Notes under the pieces: generated by a model
Database searches by the model: none
The model's input: the letters and a program-made list of their open reading frames with translations, nothing else
What the model was told of the DNA's origin: nothing
Source: a virus
DNA length: 64,000 bases
Reading direction: 5' to 3' (one strand)
IMG/VR virus record: IMGVR_UViG_3300017774_005745
Span: 132,808-196,807 of that record
Shown: positions 53,765 through 61,830 of the stretch, piece after piece
How the letters are laid out: each line of letters opens with the position of its first letter
Position numbering within the stretch: the stretch's first letter is position 1
Translations under genes and position numbers: made by a program

Positions 53765-53937
53765 TGAAATTCGCAGAAGCCAAATCCAAGCACTCCGATC
53801 GGACCGTCGTACCACATGTCGTGTCTTCCGAAGTGCCACTCTTTTCTTGGCAGAGTCTGGAACCAGACTTGAAACGTTTCTCCAACTAGTCCGACTCCAT
53901 GGTATCCATACTTATTAGAACTGAACTCTATTTTCAT
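53749..53937 (-). CDS. Small aromatic-rich protein (WYDGP)
   Basis: ORF track. Confidence 0.5.
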   Translation of the reverse strand: MKIEFSSNKYGYHGVGLVGETFQVWFQTLPRKEWHFGRHDMWYDGPIGVLGFGFCEFQWYQY

Positions 53938-54224
53938 GCTTTCCTCAGAGACTGCTCAGAGTATTTAAGGATGTATGGTTTTGACTTGAGCTCGCCCTTT
54001 GGGAATCCCCTCTTCCCAAAGAACGCAATATAACAGTCCCAAATACCTAAGAAGGTATCCCACCAAGTTGCAACGATGACTCCGTACTCCCGTCCAGTCA
54101 TGATTCCGAATTCTGCGGCTTCGGGGTCATCTTTGTCTGCATGCTGCAGGATGACTCTGTCCCCGGCTTTGAACTTGGCAGGGTGGGTTGGCTTTGGAAA
54201 GTGGACCTTCCTGGGCTCTCTCAT
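53934..54224 (-). CDS. SH3-like/hypothetical protein
   Basis: KFKAGDRV motif. Confidence 0.55.
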   Translation of the reverse strand: MREPRKVHFPKPTHPAKFKAGDRVILQHADKDDPEAAEFGIMTGREYGVIVATWWDTFLGIWDCYIAFFGKRGFPKGELKSKPYILKYSEQSLRKA

Positions 54225-54571
54225 TCCAGGTCAATCTTTCGAACAGGCACTTCTTTCTTCACGAGCTCGACGATCTCCTCATGTCCCTTGATGGCTTCTT
54301 CTTCTGTGCTGTAGCGCCTGCAGTGAGTCCCGCCCCAGTCTGTCTCACCGTCCGCCTTTATGCCAAAGGACATGGTCTCGAAGATAATAGGAGCTTCAGA
54401 AGAAAGTCCGTGGTCGATACCAAGCCACACAGTCGAGACAAACGAACCATCGTGAAACTTAGTCTTTCGAATCTCCCTGTACTCCTTCTGTGAGCTAAGA
54501 AGGGCCATCTGATGCATGTCTATCTCGACGCCCTTCTTGTCGAAGTACATTCCTATCTTTCGCTTCAGCAT
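54221..54571 (-). CDS. Conserved phage protein (VSTVWLG.DH...IFETM.F)
   Basis: Motif recall. Confidence 0.65.
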   Translation of the reverse strand: MLKRKIGMYFDKKGVEIDMHQMALLSSQKEYREIRKTKFHDGSFVSTVWLGIDHGLSSEAPIIFETMSFGIKADGETDWGGTHCRRYSTEEEAIKGHEEIVELVKKEVPVRKIDLE

Positions 54572-54573
54572 GT

Positions 54574-54777
54574 TTACTCTCCGTATACAGGTTCGAACCT
54601 GGACACTTCTTTTCCATCGATCTTGACGGTTCCAAAGAAGAGGTGACCTGGGCGGACCCATACTCTGCCATCTTTGAGACTCCTATAGACGACCATCTCT
54701 TCGAGCGTCTCGGAGTGTTTGGCTTCCTTTGAGATGACTTCGTACAGATTCCCCGACTTCGTGTGGCGGTACTTCAT
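54574..54777 (-). CDS. DUF1653 protein
   Basis: YRH.K.GN.YEV...A.HSET.EE.VVY..L....WVRP...F. Confidence 0.85.
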   Translation of the reverse strand: MKYRHTKSGNLYEVISKEAKHSETLEEMVVYRSLKDGRVWVRPGHLFFGTVKIDGKEVSRFEPVYGE

Positions 54778-54995
54778 GAGTGCGACCCGATGAATACCTG
54801 GTGACCGCTCTCCAGGGTCAGAACCTGCACATCGCAGACTCCGAATGGGGAACCGCCTTCAAGCCAAGGAATCCAAAGTCCCTTGAAGGAAGGAGGAACG
54901 ACAGCGAGCCAGTCTTCGTCCCCACCGTTGGTAGAGAGCGTTCGATACTCTTCGGGGGCATCCTCAAACCGCCACACCCAGATTGCTTCCTTCAT
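54774..54995 (-). CDS. Conserved small protein (S..GGDEDW)
   Basis: ORF track. Confidence 0.6.
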   Translation of the reverse strand: MKEAIWVWRFEDAPEEYRTLSTNGGDEDWLAVVPPSFKGLWIPWLEGGSPFGVCDVQVLTLESGHQVFIGSHS

Positions 54996-55143
54996 TCAAT
55001 CATCCCTTGCTCTTTCTGTTCCTTCTTTGTCATCGCGCGAGCGTTACAGACACAACACTTGTAGCCATCCCACCAGTGATGACAGTGAGTCTTGTCATTA
55101 CTCTTGCTACAGTAACCCTCAGCAGAAGTTACTTTCTTCTCTT

Positions 55144-55341
55144 TCACTTTCTTCTGTTTCTTAGCCAAGAAGACACTCCCTTCTTCGCATCCTTGAGGGT
55201 ATCAAAACCCATCGAAGCGGTTACCTTTTTATTGTGGTGTGCAACGAACGACCACTTTCGATCTCCCCAGTCATTGTATCGAATAGTACCGCCTAGCTTC
55301 TCATCACCAACCACTACCTTTGTGTTGATGCGTTTGCTCAT
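55144..55341 (-). CDS. Small basic protein
   Basis: ATG at 55341. Confidence 0.5.
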   Translation of the reverse strand: MSKRINTKVVVGDEKLGGTIRYNDWGDRKWSFVAHHNKKVTASMGFDTLKDAKKGVSSWLRNRRK

Positions 55342-55342
55342 A

Positions 55343-55416
55343 TCGGGAAGACAGGATTCGAACCTGCGGCCCTCTGGTCCCAAACCAGATGCTCTACCAA
55401 GCTGAGCTACTTCCCG
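55343..55416 (-). tRNA. tRNA-Pro(GGG)
   Basis: Cloverleaf, loop TTGGGAC region (TT-GGG-A). Confidence 0.92.
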
Positions 55417-55426
55417 TTTACAACAG

Positions 55427-55498
55427 TGACCCTACCGGGATTCGAACCCGGATTCACGCCGTGAAAGGGCGGTGACCTAGCCGTTAGTCGATAGGGCC
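55427..55498 (-). tRNA. tRNA-Glu(TTC)
   Basis: Cloverleaf, loop CTTTCAC. Confidence 0.92.
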
Positions 55499-55504
55499 TA
55501 CTTC

Positions 55505-55678
55505 TCAGTCGTCGTATCCCCAGTAGCGTCGGCGGGGCTTCGTCTCAACATCTTCTGGGTCTTTCTTCAGCCGTCTTTTGAACTCCGTTCTCTCGGCTCG
55601 GTTGACTTCCTTCTTCAGGTTTTTCCGAACTTTTACTCTTCCTCGAATGAACGTTCCAAACTGTTGACCACGCTTCAT
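55505..55678 (-). CDS. Small basic protein, 57 aa, absent from the ORF track
   Basis: Manual translation MKRGQQFGTFIRGRVKVRK...YWGYDD. Confidence 0.5.
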   Translation of the reverse strand: MKRGQQFGTFIRGRVKVRKNLKKEVNRAERTEFKRRLKKDPEDVETKPRRRYWGYDD

Positions 55679-55730
55679 GACAACCTCTTGTGAGGGTTAT
55701 GTCATGGTGTCCTCCTGTCGAGTGTACGTG

Positions 55731-55803
55731 CTCCTCGGCCTGGGATCGAACCAGGGACCTACGGATTAACAGTCCGCCGCTCTACCAGCTGAGCTACCGA
55801 GGA
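55731..55803 (-). tRNA. tRNA-Asn(GTT)
   Basis: Cloverleaf, loop CTGTTAA. Confidence 0.93.
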
Positions 55804-55931
55804 ATAGAATCACGATGCTCTACTTTGCTTGTACATCTCCCATCTGTCGAGAACCAACAAGGGCGGAGCTACCAAAAGGAGGATGAGTCCGAGCTTCCAT
55901 CCAAAATCCAAAGGCGGGTATTTTGTTGAGT

Positions 55932-56306
55932 TCATTGTGCGGTCTTTGAGAGAACGGAGTCTATGACGTTGATGAGGTCTTGTCGTGAAATCGGCTTTGA
56001 GAGAACCGCAATTGCTCCTGCCTCTGCTGCCTTCTGCTGCTGACCTCCATACGTTCCTGTGAACACAATGACAGGAATATGAGAGGTTGCCGGGTCCGCC
56101 TTCAGTACCTTCATCATCTCAATCCCATCCAGCACGGGCATGTTCAAGTCGGCAATGATGACGTCAGGTTTAAACTGTCGCGCCATGCCAAGCCCTTCCA
56201 GACCGTTCTTTGCTTCGAAGATACTGTGGCTTAGTCGAATCAAGAAGAGCTTCAAGAGAAGCTGAACAGACTCGTCATCTTCGACAATCAGGATTTTCTT
56301 GGACAT
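55932..56306 (-). CDS. Stand-alone CheY-like response regulator
   Basis: ILIVEDD, IIADLNMP.LDG, T-G, KP: all canonical receiver residues present. Confidence 0.92.
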   Translation of the reverse strand: MSKKILIVEDDESVQLLLKLFLIRLSHSIFEAKNGLEGLGMARQFKPDVIIADLNMPVLDGIEMMKVLKADPATSHIPVIVFTGTYGGQQQKAAEAGAIAVLSKPISRQDLINVIDSVLSKTAQ

Positions 56307-56336
56307 ATGCACACTATACCACGATACGACAACAAG

Positions 56337-56408
56337 AGCCCACAGAGGGATTCGAACCCCCGACCCACGGTTTACAAAACCGTAGCTCTACCACTGAGCT
56401 ATGAGGGC
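56337..56408 (-). tRNA. tRNA-Thr(TGT)
   Basis: Cloverleaf, loop TTTGTAA. Confidence 0.92.
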
Positions 56409-56492
56409 AGCTCCAAGTTCTTCCCTGAGGAGACTGAACTTGGAAAGTCATTCGCAAGCGAGAGTCCGGACATTGTCCCGCTTCTCAGGTAA

Positions 56493-56565
56493 CTGGGGCA
56501 CTAGGGGTTGAACCTAGAACCTATGGAGTCAAAGTCCATCGCTCTACCAATTGAGCTATACCCCA
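56493..56565 (-). tRNA. tRNA-Gln(TTG)
   Basis: U1-A72, G73, loop CTTTGAC. Confidence 0.92.
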
Positions 56566-56571
56566 ATACAG

Positions 56572-56898
56572 CTAGTGTCGAACGACTTTCTTATGTCGCT
56601 GACCGAACTCAGGCATTCTCTTGACGGCAGCGACAAGCTTCGACACCGTGTTTCTATCTTCGGTAGTGAGCGCCTCTAGCTCGTCTTCTGGCATCTTCTC
56701 TTGTTGGAGGTCTTTTCTGAAGATGAGCACGCAAGCACAGTTGAAACAAACGCTGACGTCTCCTTCAGATGGTGCGGTGTTCTCCCCCTCTGAAATCATC
56801 GTAGACATGTGGAGGGGGATTCCACACTCTGGGCAGATTTCAGCGATTTCGTGATTTTTGTAGTTAGTCAACGGTTCCCCAAGACAAGAGGTCACCAA
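56572..56898 (-). CDS. Zn-ribbon hypothetical protein (start uncertain)
   Basis: CPECG...P..GD.SVC..C. Confidence 0.55.
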   Translation of the reverse strand: MVTSCLGEPLTNYKNHEIAEICPECGIPLHMSTMISEGENTAPSEGDVSVCFNCACVLIFRKDLQQEKMPEDELEALTTEDRNTVSKLVAAVKRMPEFGQRHKKVVRH

Positions 56899-57265
56899 CG
56901 AATGGAAGCCACTCTTGTGGCATGTAACAGTTCATGGGTGCTCCTTTAAACATCGGAGCAATTTGCTCGTCCTTGTATCCAGCAAGCCCACACCCAATGC
57001 GGGTCACTTGAAACATGACCTGCCGATGGAAGTACGCGTACTGGATGAATACGTCAACGTGCGGCTTGATGAGCTCAAGAGGCAGAGTCTCTATCTTCGC
57101 ATCCTTTGTTGGGATGGCATACGACATACCCTGTCGACCGTGGCCGACTCCCATCACCGCTCCCTTGTACCTCTTGGCAAAGACAGCAGCCCCTGCTCCA
57201 TGAATTCCTGCGAGATTACTTCCGAAGACAAAAACAAAATCATCTTTCTTGTGCGGCATGTCCAT
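56864..57265 (-). CDS. A1S_2505-family phage protein (FVFGSN..G.HG.GAA), macro-like fold suspected
   Basis: FVFGSNLAGIHGAGAA, SYAIPTK, FQVTRIGCGLAG. Confidence 0.8.
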   Translation of the reverse strand: MDMPHKKDDFVFVFGSNLAGIHGAGAAVFAKRYKGAVMGVGHGRQGMSYAIPTKDAKIETLPLELIKPHVDVFIQYAYFHRQVMFQVTRIGCGLAGYKDEQIAPMFKGAPMNCYMPQEWLPFVGDLLSWGTVD

Positions 57266-57266
57266 G

Positions 57267-57339
57267 CTGGAGAGGAAGGACTTGAACCTTCAACTTCACG
57301 GGTCAGAGCCGTGCGTTCTACCAATTGAACTACTCTCCA
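57267..57339 (-). tRNA. tRNA-Gln(CTG)
   Basis: U1-A72, G73, loop CTCTGAC. Confidence 0.92.
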
Positions 57340-57447
57340 AACTGCACCCCGGTTTCGCTGGGGCTTGCGGCATTCCCATTGTGACTCATCTCAGAATCAC
57401 CTAGCCTATCGCTCTTCGCAAGGTCTGGGTTTGCTGACGTTCTTGAG

Positions 57448-57699
57448 TTACTCGATGACTTCGTTCAAGTCCACGTAGTAACAAACTCCGAGCTTGAACT
57501 GGTTGAACGCATCCGGATTGGTCACAGTCATCTGCAGCTCCCCAGATGGAGTCCAACGAGACCATTCCTTATTGGCCTTGTCGTTCTCGTCGCTCCCATA
57601 CACAGGCTGAAGCCGGATGAACTTCGTCTCCACTGCCTTGCCCGTGATGCTGGTTCTGTCTGACACTTCGATACAACGCATCTTCGCACGAACGCCCAT
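57448..57699 (-). CDS. Conserved phage protein (VRAK...N..W...TPSG...M.V.NP)
   Basis: Motif recall. Confidence 0.7.
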   Translation of the reverse strand: MGVRAKMRCIEVSDRTSITGKAVETKFIRLQPVYGSDENDKANKEWSRWTPSGELQMTVTNPDAFNQFKLGVCYYVDLNEVIE

Positions 57700-57717
57700 T
57701 TGAAGTCTCACTTCAAA

Positions 57718-57742
57718 AAGAGCCACCTACCTCGTAGCTCTT
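57718..57742 (-). terminator. Hairpin plus T-run
   Basis: AAGAGCTAC...GTGGCTCTT TTT. Confidence 0.45.
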
Positions 57743-57909
57743 GTTTACCTCTAAGTCCCTTAGGCAGAGTATCCTGAAGACCTAAGGGCTTCAACACACA
57801 AATGCATTTGTGTATTCATGGCCCCTCTGCCTTCGCACCTCTCTCTGGTTTCAAGCAAAGATGGTGCGGATACTCCGTCTACACCTCACGATGTAGAATT
57901 CTCGTATAG

Positions 57910-57983
57910 GCATCGATGTCGGATTTGAACCGACGATCTCCCGCTTCAATGGCGGGCGCGTTTCCAGGCTCCGCTAATCGACG
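57910..57983 (-). tRNA. Atypical tRNA-like gene (loop CATTGAA, A33, C73)
   Basis: Complete cloverleaf but non-U at 33 and Gln determinants absent. Confidence 0.65.
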
Positions 57984-57998
57984 TTCTACTTGAGACAG

Positions 57999-58069
57999 AG
58001 CGGGTAGAGGGAATCGAACCCTCGTCAATAGCTTGGAAGGCTATGGCTCTACCATTGAGCTACACCCGC
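57999..58069 (-). tRNA. tRNA-Gly(TCC)
   Basis: Cloverleaf, U73. Confidence 0.93.
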
Positions 58070-58787
58070 AAAAACGCCCGAGGCGATAACTCCGCTAGTC
58101 GGGGAAGTGGTTGATGGATTGACTCTCCGTCCCTTAGGCAGGAAAGTCGGTTTGTGCTCGTAACTGCACAGAGCGCGACCTCTGTGTCCTCAAGTGGTTT
58201 ACCGGTAAATACCCGGCCTAACCTCCGCCGTGCGTAAACGGGAAACTATCCGCAGCGCTTTTGGCTACTGTTCCTTACCCGTCGTCCGTGTGATGAGGGC
58301 TCCGTTCCGGGAGTCCTCACGGCTCGCTTACACCACAGTCCCAAGCGCCTCGCATCGCATAATCATTTTATCGGTCTCAATCTCTATCTAAGGTTCTAGG
58401 AGTATATGCTTCGCTGCAGTTTGAATTCGACACCGAGAGACGCGACCTCTCTCTTCTTCCGTCTCCTTGGACTCGTCATGGACAGTCTTTTCGAAAGGTG
58501 TCATCCCTTCTAGTGGCAGATAGCCGCAAGACCTCACTAAGAGCTGGGAGAAATATAGGATGTGCTTAGTCCTCAGTACATTTTTGAATATGTCGATTAC
58601 GGTATGGACTCTTTGAAAGGTATTAATCCTTTAGAAAGAGTAGATTGTCATAACGTAGGTACTCGGCACATTTGAATGCACCTCGGTGATGGGACGACGC
58701 CCACTCGCTTACACCAGGCAATCAAACAAACTCGCAGCCTTCATTTAGAGGTCTATTCAGACCATTGGAGTCTCCAAAAGATAGATG
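58070..58787 (-). ncRNA. Large structured ncRNA, probable GOLLD
   Basis: ~715-nt ORF-free span bounded by tRNA-Lys and tRNA-Gly; blocks such as TAAATGAAG..GATTGCCTGGTGTAAGCGAG, AACAGTAGCCAAAAG, TAAACCACTTGAG, CTAGCGGAG..TCGGGCG match my recollection of GOLLD. Confidence 0.65.
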
Positions 58788-58860
58788 TGGGACCAGTGGG
58801 GCTCGAACCCACGACCCTCTGATTAAAAGTCAGACGCTCTACCAACTGAGCTATGATCCC
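58788..58860 (-). tRNA. tRNA-Lys(TTT)
   Basis: Cloverleaf, loop CTTTTAA. Confidence 0.94.
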
Positions 58861-58863
58861 AGA

Positions 58864-59106
58864 CTATCCAACGATGTCTAGGTAGCTCCAAATGTTGGCG
58901 TCTGGAGCTACCTTGTGTTTGCGTAGCAATTTCACGATGGCGCTCCTTTCAGATACTTCGATTTGGTGGTCTTTTACGACTGCGGGCCAGAGATAGGCCA
59001 ACTGCTTTCCGAGAGCTCCGTTGAACGTCTCGCTGTTCATGTAGAACCACTCACTCCAAAAGTGAATCAACTCCACCTTCTTCTTATCGCTTAGAGGGTT
59101 CGTCAT
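58864..59106 (-). CDS. Hypothetical protein
   Basis: ORF track. Confidence 0.55.
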   Translation of the reverse strand: MTNPLSDKKKVELIHFWSEWFYMNSETFNGALGKQLAYLWPAVVKDHQIEVSERSAIVKLLRKHKVAPDANIWSYLDIVG

Positions 59107-59344
59107 TTTCTTTCATTGCCTGTTGGAGGAACTTGGTCAACACGGCGATGCAGAACTCCTCATCCATTGCCTCTGTGTCGGCTTTTACGAAGCCGTCTCT
59201 CACCTTCTGGAAAGTAAGAATCCCAAAGACGTTGGAATTCTCCAAAGGGCTACCTGGTTTTGCTGACCAGTTCTTAGCCTCCCAGTGGATGTCCATCGCA
59301 TTTGGATAGAAGAACACCTGGGTGCTTCTGATTTCGTATTTCAA
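59084..59344 (-). CDS. Hypothetical protein
   Basis: TTG overlapping the upstream TGA. Confidence 0.45.
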   Translation of the reverse strand: MKYEIRSTQVFFYPNAMDIHWEAKNWSAKPGSPLENSNVFGILTFQKVRDGFVKADTEAMDEEFCIAVLTKFLQQAMKENDEPSKR

Positions 59345-59529
59345 GTAATGAAATCCTTGTCGAAGTTTCCTGGAATGACTGCGTACCGGACTTCTGACTT
59401 CAGTGCTTTGTTGATGTCGTTCAGATCCTTGACGATCTTTAATGCGGCCTTCTTCGTCCACTTCGCCTGCTCGTACTTCTTTGTTTCGAGATTCAACACA
59501 CCCCAACCTTCTACTTTTGTGTCTGTCAT
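59341..59529 (-). CDS. Small hypothetical protein
   Basis: ORF track. Confidence 0.5.
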   Translation of the reverse strand: MTDTKVEGWGVLNLETKKYEQAKWTKKAALKIVKDLNDINKALKSEVRYAVIPGNFDKDFIT

Positions 59530-59530
59530 G

Positions 59531-59603
59531 TGGGTCCGGTCGGACTCGAACCGACCACCGTCGCCTTAAGAGGGCGCTGCTCTACCAGATGAGCTACGGA
59601 CCC
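59531..59603 (-). tRNA. tRNA-Lys(CTT)
   Basis: Cloverleaf, loop CTCTTAA. Confidence 0.92.
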
Positions 59604-59684
59604 AGAATGCTCTCAGACGACTACTCTGAGAGCACTGCCACTTCGATTCAGTTTTCAATGAACTCTCAGAACAGTATCTGAGTG

Positions 59685-59767
59685 TGGGGATGCTCGGACT
59701 TGAACCGAGTTGTTCCGAAGACGTCTGATTTACAGTCAAACTGAGTGACCTTACTCTCAACATCCCC
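59685..59767 (-). tRNA. tRNA-Tyr(GTA)
   Basis: Loop CTGTAAA, long variable arm. Confidence 0.88.
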
Positions 59768-59771
59768 ATCT

Positions 59772-59843
59772 AGCGGCCGGAGGGAATTGAACCCTCGCTC
59801 TTCTGCATGGCAAGCAGACGCTCTACCTCTGAGCTACGACCGC
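59772..59843 (-). tRNA. tRNA-Gly(GCC)
   Basis: Cloverleaf, loop TTGCCAT. Confidence 0.92.
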
Positions 59844-60128
59844 ATTCTTCTCTACGATGTCTCGCTCCCAGTCAACAAGAGTTGCGAATGCTTCTTCTTT
59901 TGTCTTGTACTTCTCTGTCGTGAGTCCCGACTGACAGTCCCATCCTGTGTAGTCGTGCCATCCTCTTGCTGCGAACCACTCTCCCGACTTCATCTCAAGA
60001 ATCCAAGTATAGTCTGGCTCGTCCTTTTCATGACGGTTGTCGATGGCAAGAGCGATAGAAGCGACGTCCTCGTAGCTCCAATCCTGGCCATTGTTTGAGA
60101 GAGCTGCCTGTAGATTGTAGTCTTCCAT
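59823..60128 (-). CDS. Conserved hypothetical protein (GWHDYTGWDCQS)
   Basis: ATG at 60128; its 3' end overlaps the start of tRNA-Gly. Confidence 0.6.
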   Translation of the reverse strand: MEDYNLQAALSNNGQDWSYEDVASIALAIDNRHEKDEPDYTWILEMKSGEWFAARGWHDYTGWDCQSGLTTEKYKTKEEAFATLVDWERDIVEKNAVVAQR

Positions 60129-60129
60129 G

Positions 60130-60203
60130 CACGGCAGACAGGATTCGAACCTGTAGCGTCGAGTTTTGGAGGCTCGTACCCTTACCAGTGGGGCTTCTGC
60201 CGT
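60130..60203 (-). tRNA. tRNA-Trp(CCA)
   Basis: Loop CTCCAAA, G73. Confidence 0.85.
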
Positions 60204-60407
60204 AGAGGTGAGGTTGGGTTCGGGGCCATCCAAGGGAGAGGTTCACAGACCTCAAAACACTCTCGGATGACCCTTAGCCAATTGTTGGATTGAAGTTTTG
60301 ACCTTGCTTGGGGTACGCAAAAACAGGGAGTGCATACCCGTGTTTCTGCTGCCAAGGTGAGAGTCCGGCGAACATCGAAGGGCCGCTCCAGGTCTGACTG
60401 CAGAAAC

Positions 60408-60436
60408 ACAGTATCGAGGTTGCGACGGGTCGTCAA
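60408..60436 (-). promoter_or_regulatory. Sigma70-like promoter heading the tRNA/ncRNA region
   Basis: TTGACG-N17-TACTGT; same -10 as at 16134. Confidence 0.6.
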
Positions 60437-60449
60437 GGGGTATTCTGAC

Positions 60450-61358
60450 TTAATCGTCGAGGTCAACGATGCGCTTGTAGGTGTGCGCCTCTACCTTGTT
60501 GCCTTTCTTCGACTCCTTCTCTTTGCTCTTGGTTTCGGACACTTCCTGGAAGAAGGAAGCGAGCGTTGCCTCCTCCTTCGCTGTAAGGCTCTTCGGACTC
60601 TCCTTGAACTTCTTAAGGAGATGGAGAAGCTGACCTGAGACACCCTCGGGTATTTTCGCTGCCTTGCTTTTGGTACCTTGGTCGTCCTTCACTTCCTGCA
60701 TCTTCTTTTTGAACTCTTCTGCTTGCTTCTTCGCCTTGTCCTTAATCTGCTCCAAGAACTTGGACGCTTCGTTCTTCTTGAAGTGGGCCTCGACTCCCAT
60801 CCCAAGGATGACCTTCGGTGCGGGTGCAGGGACTACCTCAACCGTCGTCGCCTTCTCCTTGTTACTGGCTCCTTCGAACTGCACCCAATGAATCTTCCGA
60901 CCCTTCGTCTTCGCGTACTCAACGCAGGAGCCAGTGCCTCCGGGAGTTCCATCCCATACTGCAGCAAGCACGTCGGAAGAGTCGACCATCCACTCATTCC
61001 GGGCGTGCATCTTCTGAGAGGAGTAAGCGCCTGGAGAAATTACATAAGCTCCGTGCGCCTTTGAGAGGATGTCGCTGTACTTTGTCTGAGCGTGAAGGGG
61101 CCAGACGGATTCCTGTCCATTGAAGGGAATCGCTGCAATGAACTTAATCTTCTTCTTGATACAGAGTTCTGCAGCCCACTGGTCCACACCCAAGGCCATT
61201 CCAGTAATGACGAAGTCTGGCTTGAGCTTCTCAAAGGCCGCATCAAGACCGGCGATAACCGAGTTGTAGATTGGGTTAGGTATCTTATACCCGCCGAGCT
61301 TGTCGGGCCGATGGCCCGTGATGGATACAATCATATCAATGCCCATGCTTGAGGCCAT
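60450..61358 (-). CDS. SLOG (YspA/DUF1273-like) protein with basic C-terminal extension
   Basis: ITGHRP, GMALGVD, RNEWMVD.SD...AVWDG..GGT. Confidence 0.88.
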   Translation of the reverse strand: MASSMGIDMIVSITGHRPDKLGGYKIPNPIYNSVIAGLDAAFEKLKPDFVITGMALGVDQWAAELCIKKKIKFIAAIPFNGQESVWPLHAQTKYSDILSKAHGAYVISPGAYSSQKMHARNEWMVDSSDVLAAVWDGTPGGTGSCVEYAKTKGRKIHWVQFEGASNKEKATTVEVVPAPAPKVILGMGVEAHFKKNEASKFLEQIKDKAKKQAEEFKKKMQEVKDDQGTKSKAAKIPEGVSGQLLHLLKKFKESPKSLTAKEEATLASFFQEVSETKSKEKESKKGNKVEAHTYKRIVDLDD

Positions 61359-61830
61359 ACAACCACGCCAGAGCCATGTTCGTGAATGACGCGTTCTCTG
61401 TTACTTCTTTGCCAATCCAACGAGGAAGAGGGTCTGGAATGGCTCCCTTTCCTTCCGCCTCTTCCCACTCTGCAATCCAGAACCAGGTGTACGTCCCCTC
61501 GACAGGAAGCATGATTCGATCGACCTCCCAACCATCGAACTCGAATCGCCACTTCTTCAAGTACGTCGGCGAGAGCGCAAGCATCTCCAGAGCGTCTTGA
61601 GCAGGGATAGAGTACTCGTACTCTGCTCTTGCCTCCAGGCCCGGTCCCTTCACACAGAACTTGTAACGAGCCTCCTTGTCTGGTCTGCCGTGGTCACGAA
61701 CAGTGACGCGAATAGCTGGTGGCTCCTTGGTGAAGTATCCAGCTTCGATGATTCTCGATTCCCCCATCTTCTCATCAGACGGAAGATGCTCAGGAAGCAC
61801 CAGGAATTTTCGCTCACGTTCAATGACCAT
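61336..61830 (-). CDS. CYTH-domain triphosphate tunnel metalloenzyme
   Basis: ERERKFLV (ExExK), K.K, R.EYEY.I, WEVD, IAEWE. Confidence 0.88.
   Translation of the reverse strand: MVIERERKFLVLPEHLPSDEKMGESRIIEAGYFTKEPPAIRVTVRDHGRPDKEARYKFCVKGPGLEARAEYEYSIPAQDALEMLALSPTYLKKWRFEFDGWEVDRIMLPVEGTYTWFWIAEWEEAEGKGAIPDPLPRWIGKEVTENASFTNMALAWLYGLKHGH

Noticed and set aside
56409-56492. HDV-like (theta) ribozyme after tRNA-Gln, suggested by GCGAATG and a possible pseudoknot
   Set aside because: No P2 partner for the strand after CGAA, and no G at the cleavage position; the topology does not fit.
57340-57447. c-di-GMP riboswitch, suggested by GCAAACC
   Set aside because: The GNRA/receptor spacing and second stem do not match, and no CDS lies downstream (a tRNA follows).
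39207-60203. Stop-codon recoding or suppressor tRNAs
   Set aside because: No CTA/TTA/TCA anticodon was found, and recognisable genes are intact under the standard bacterial code.
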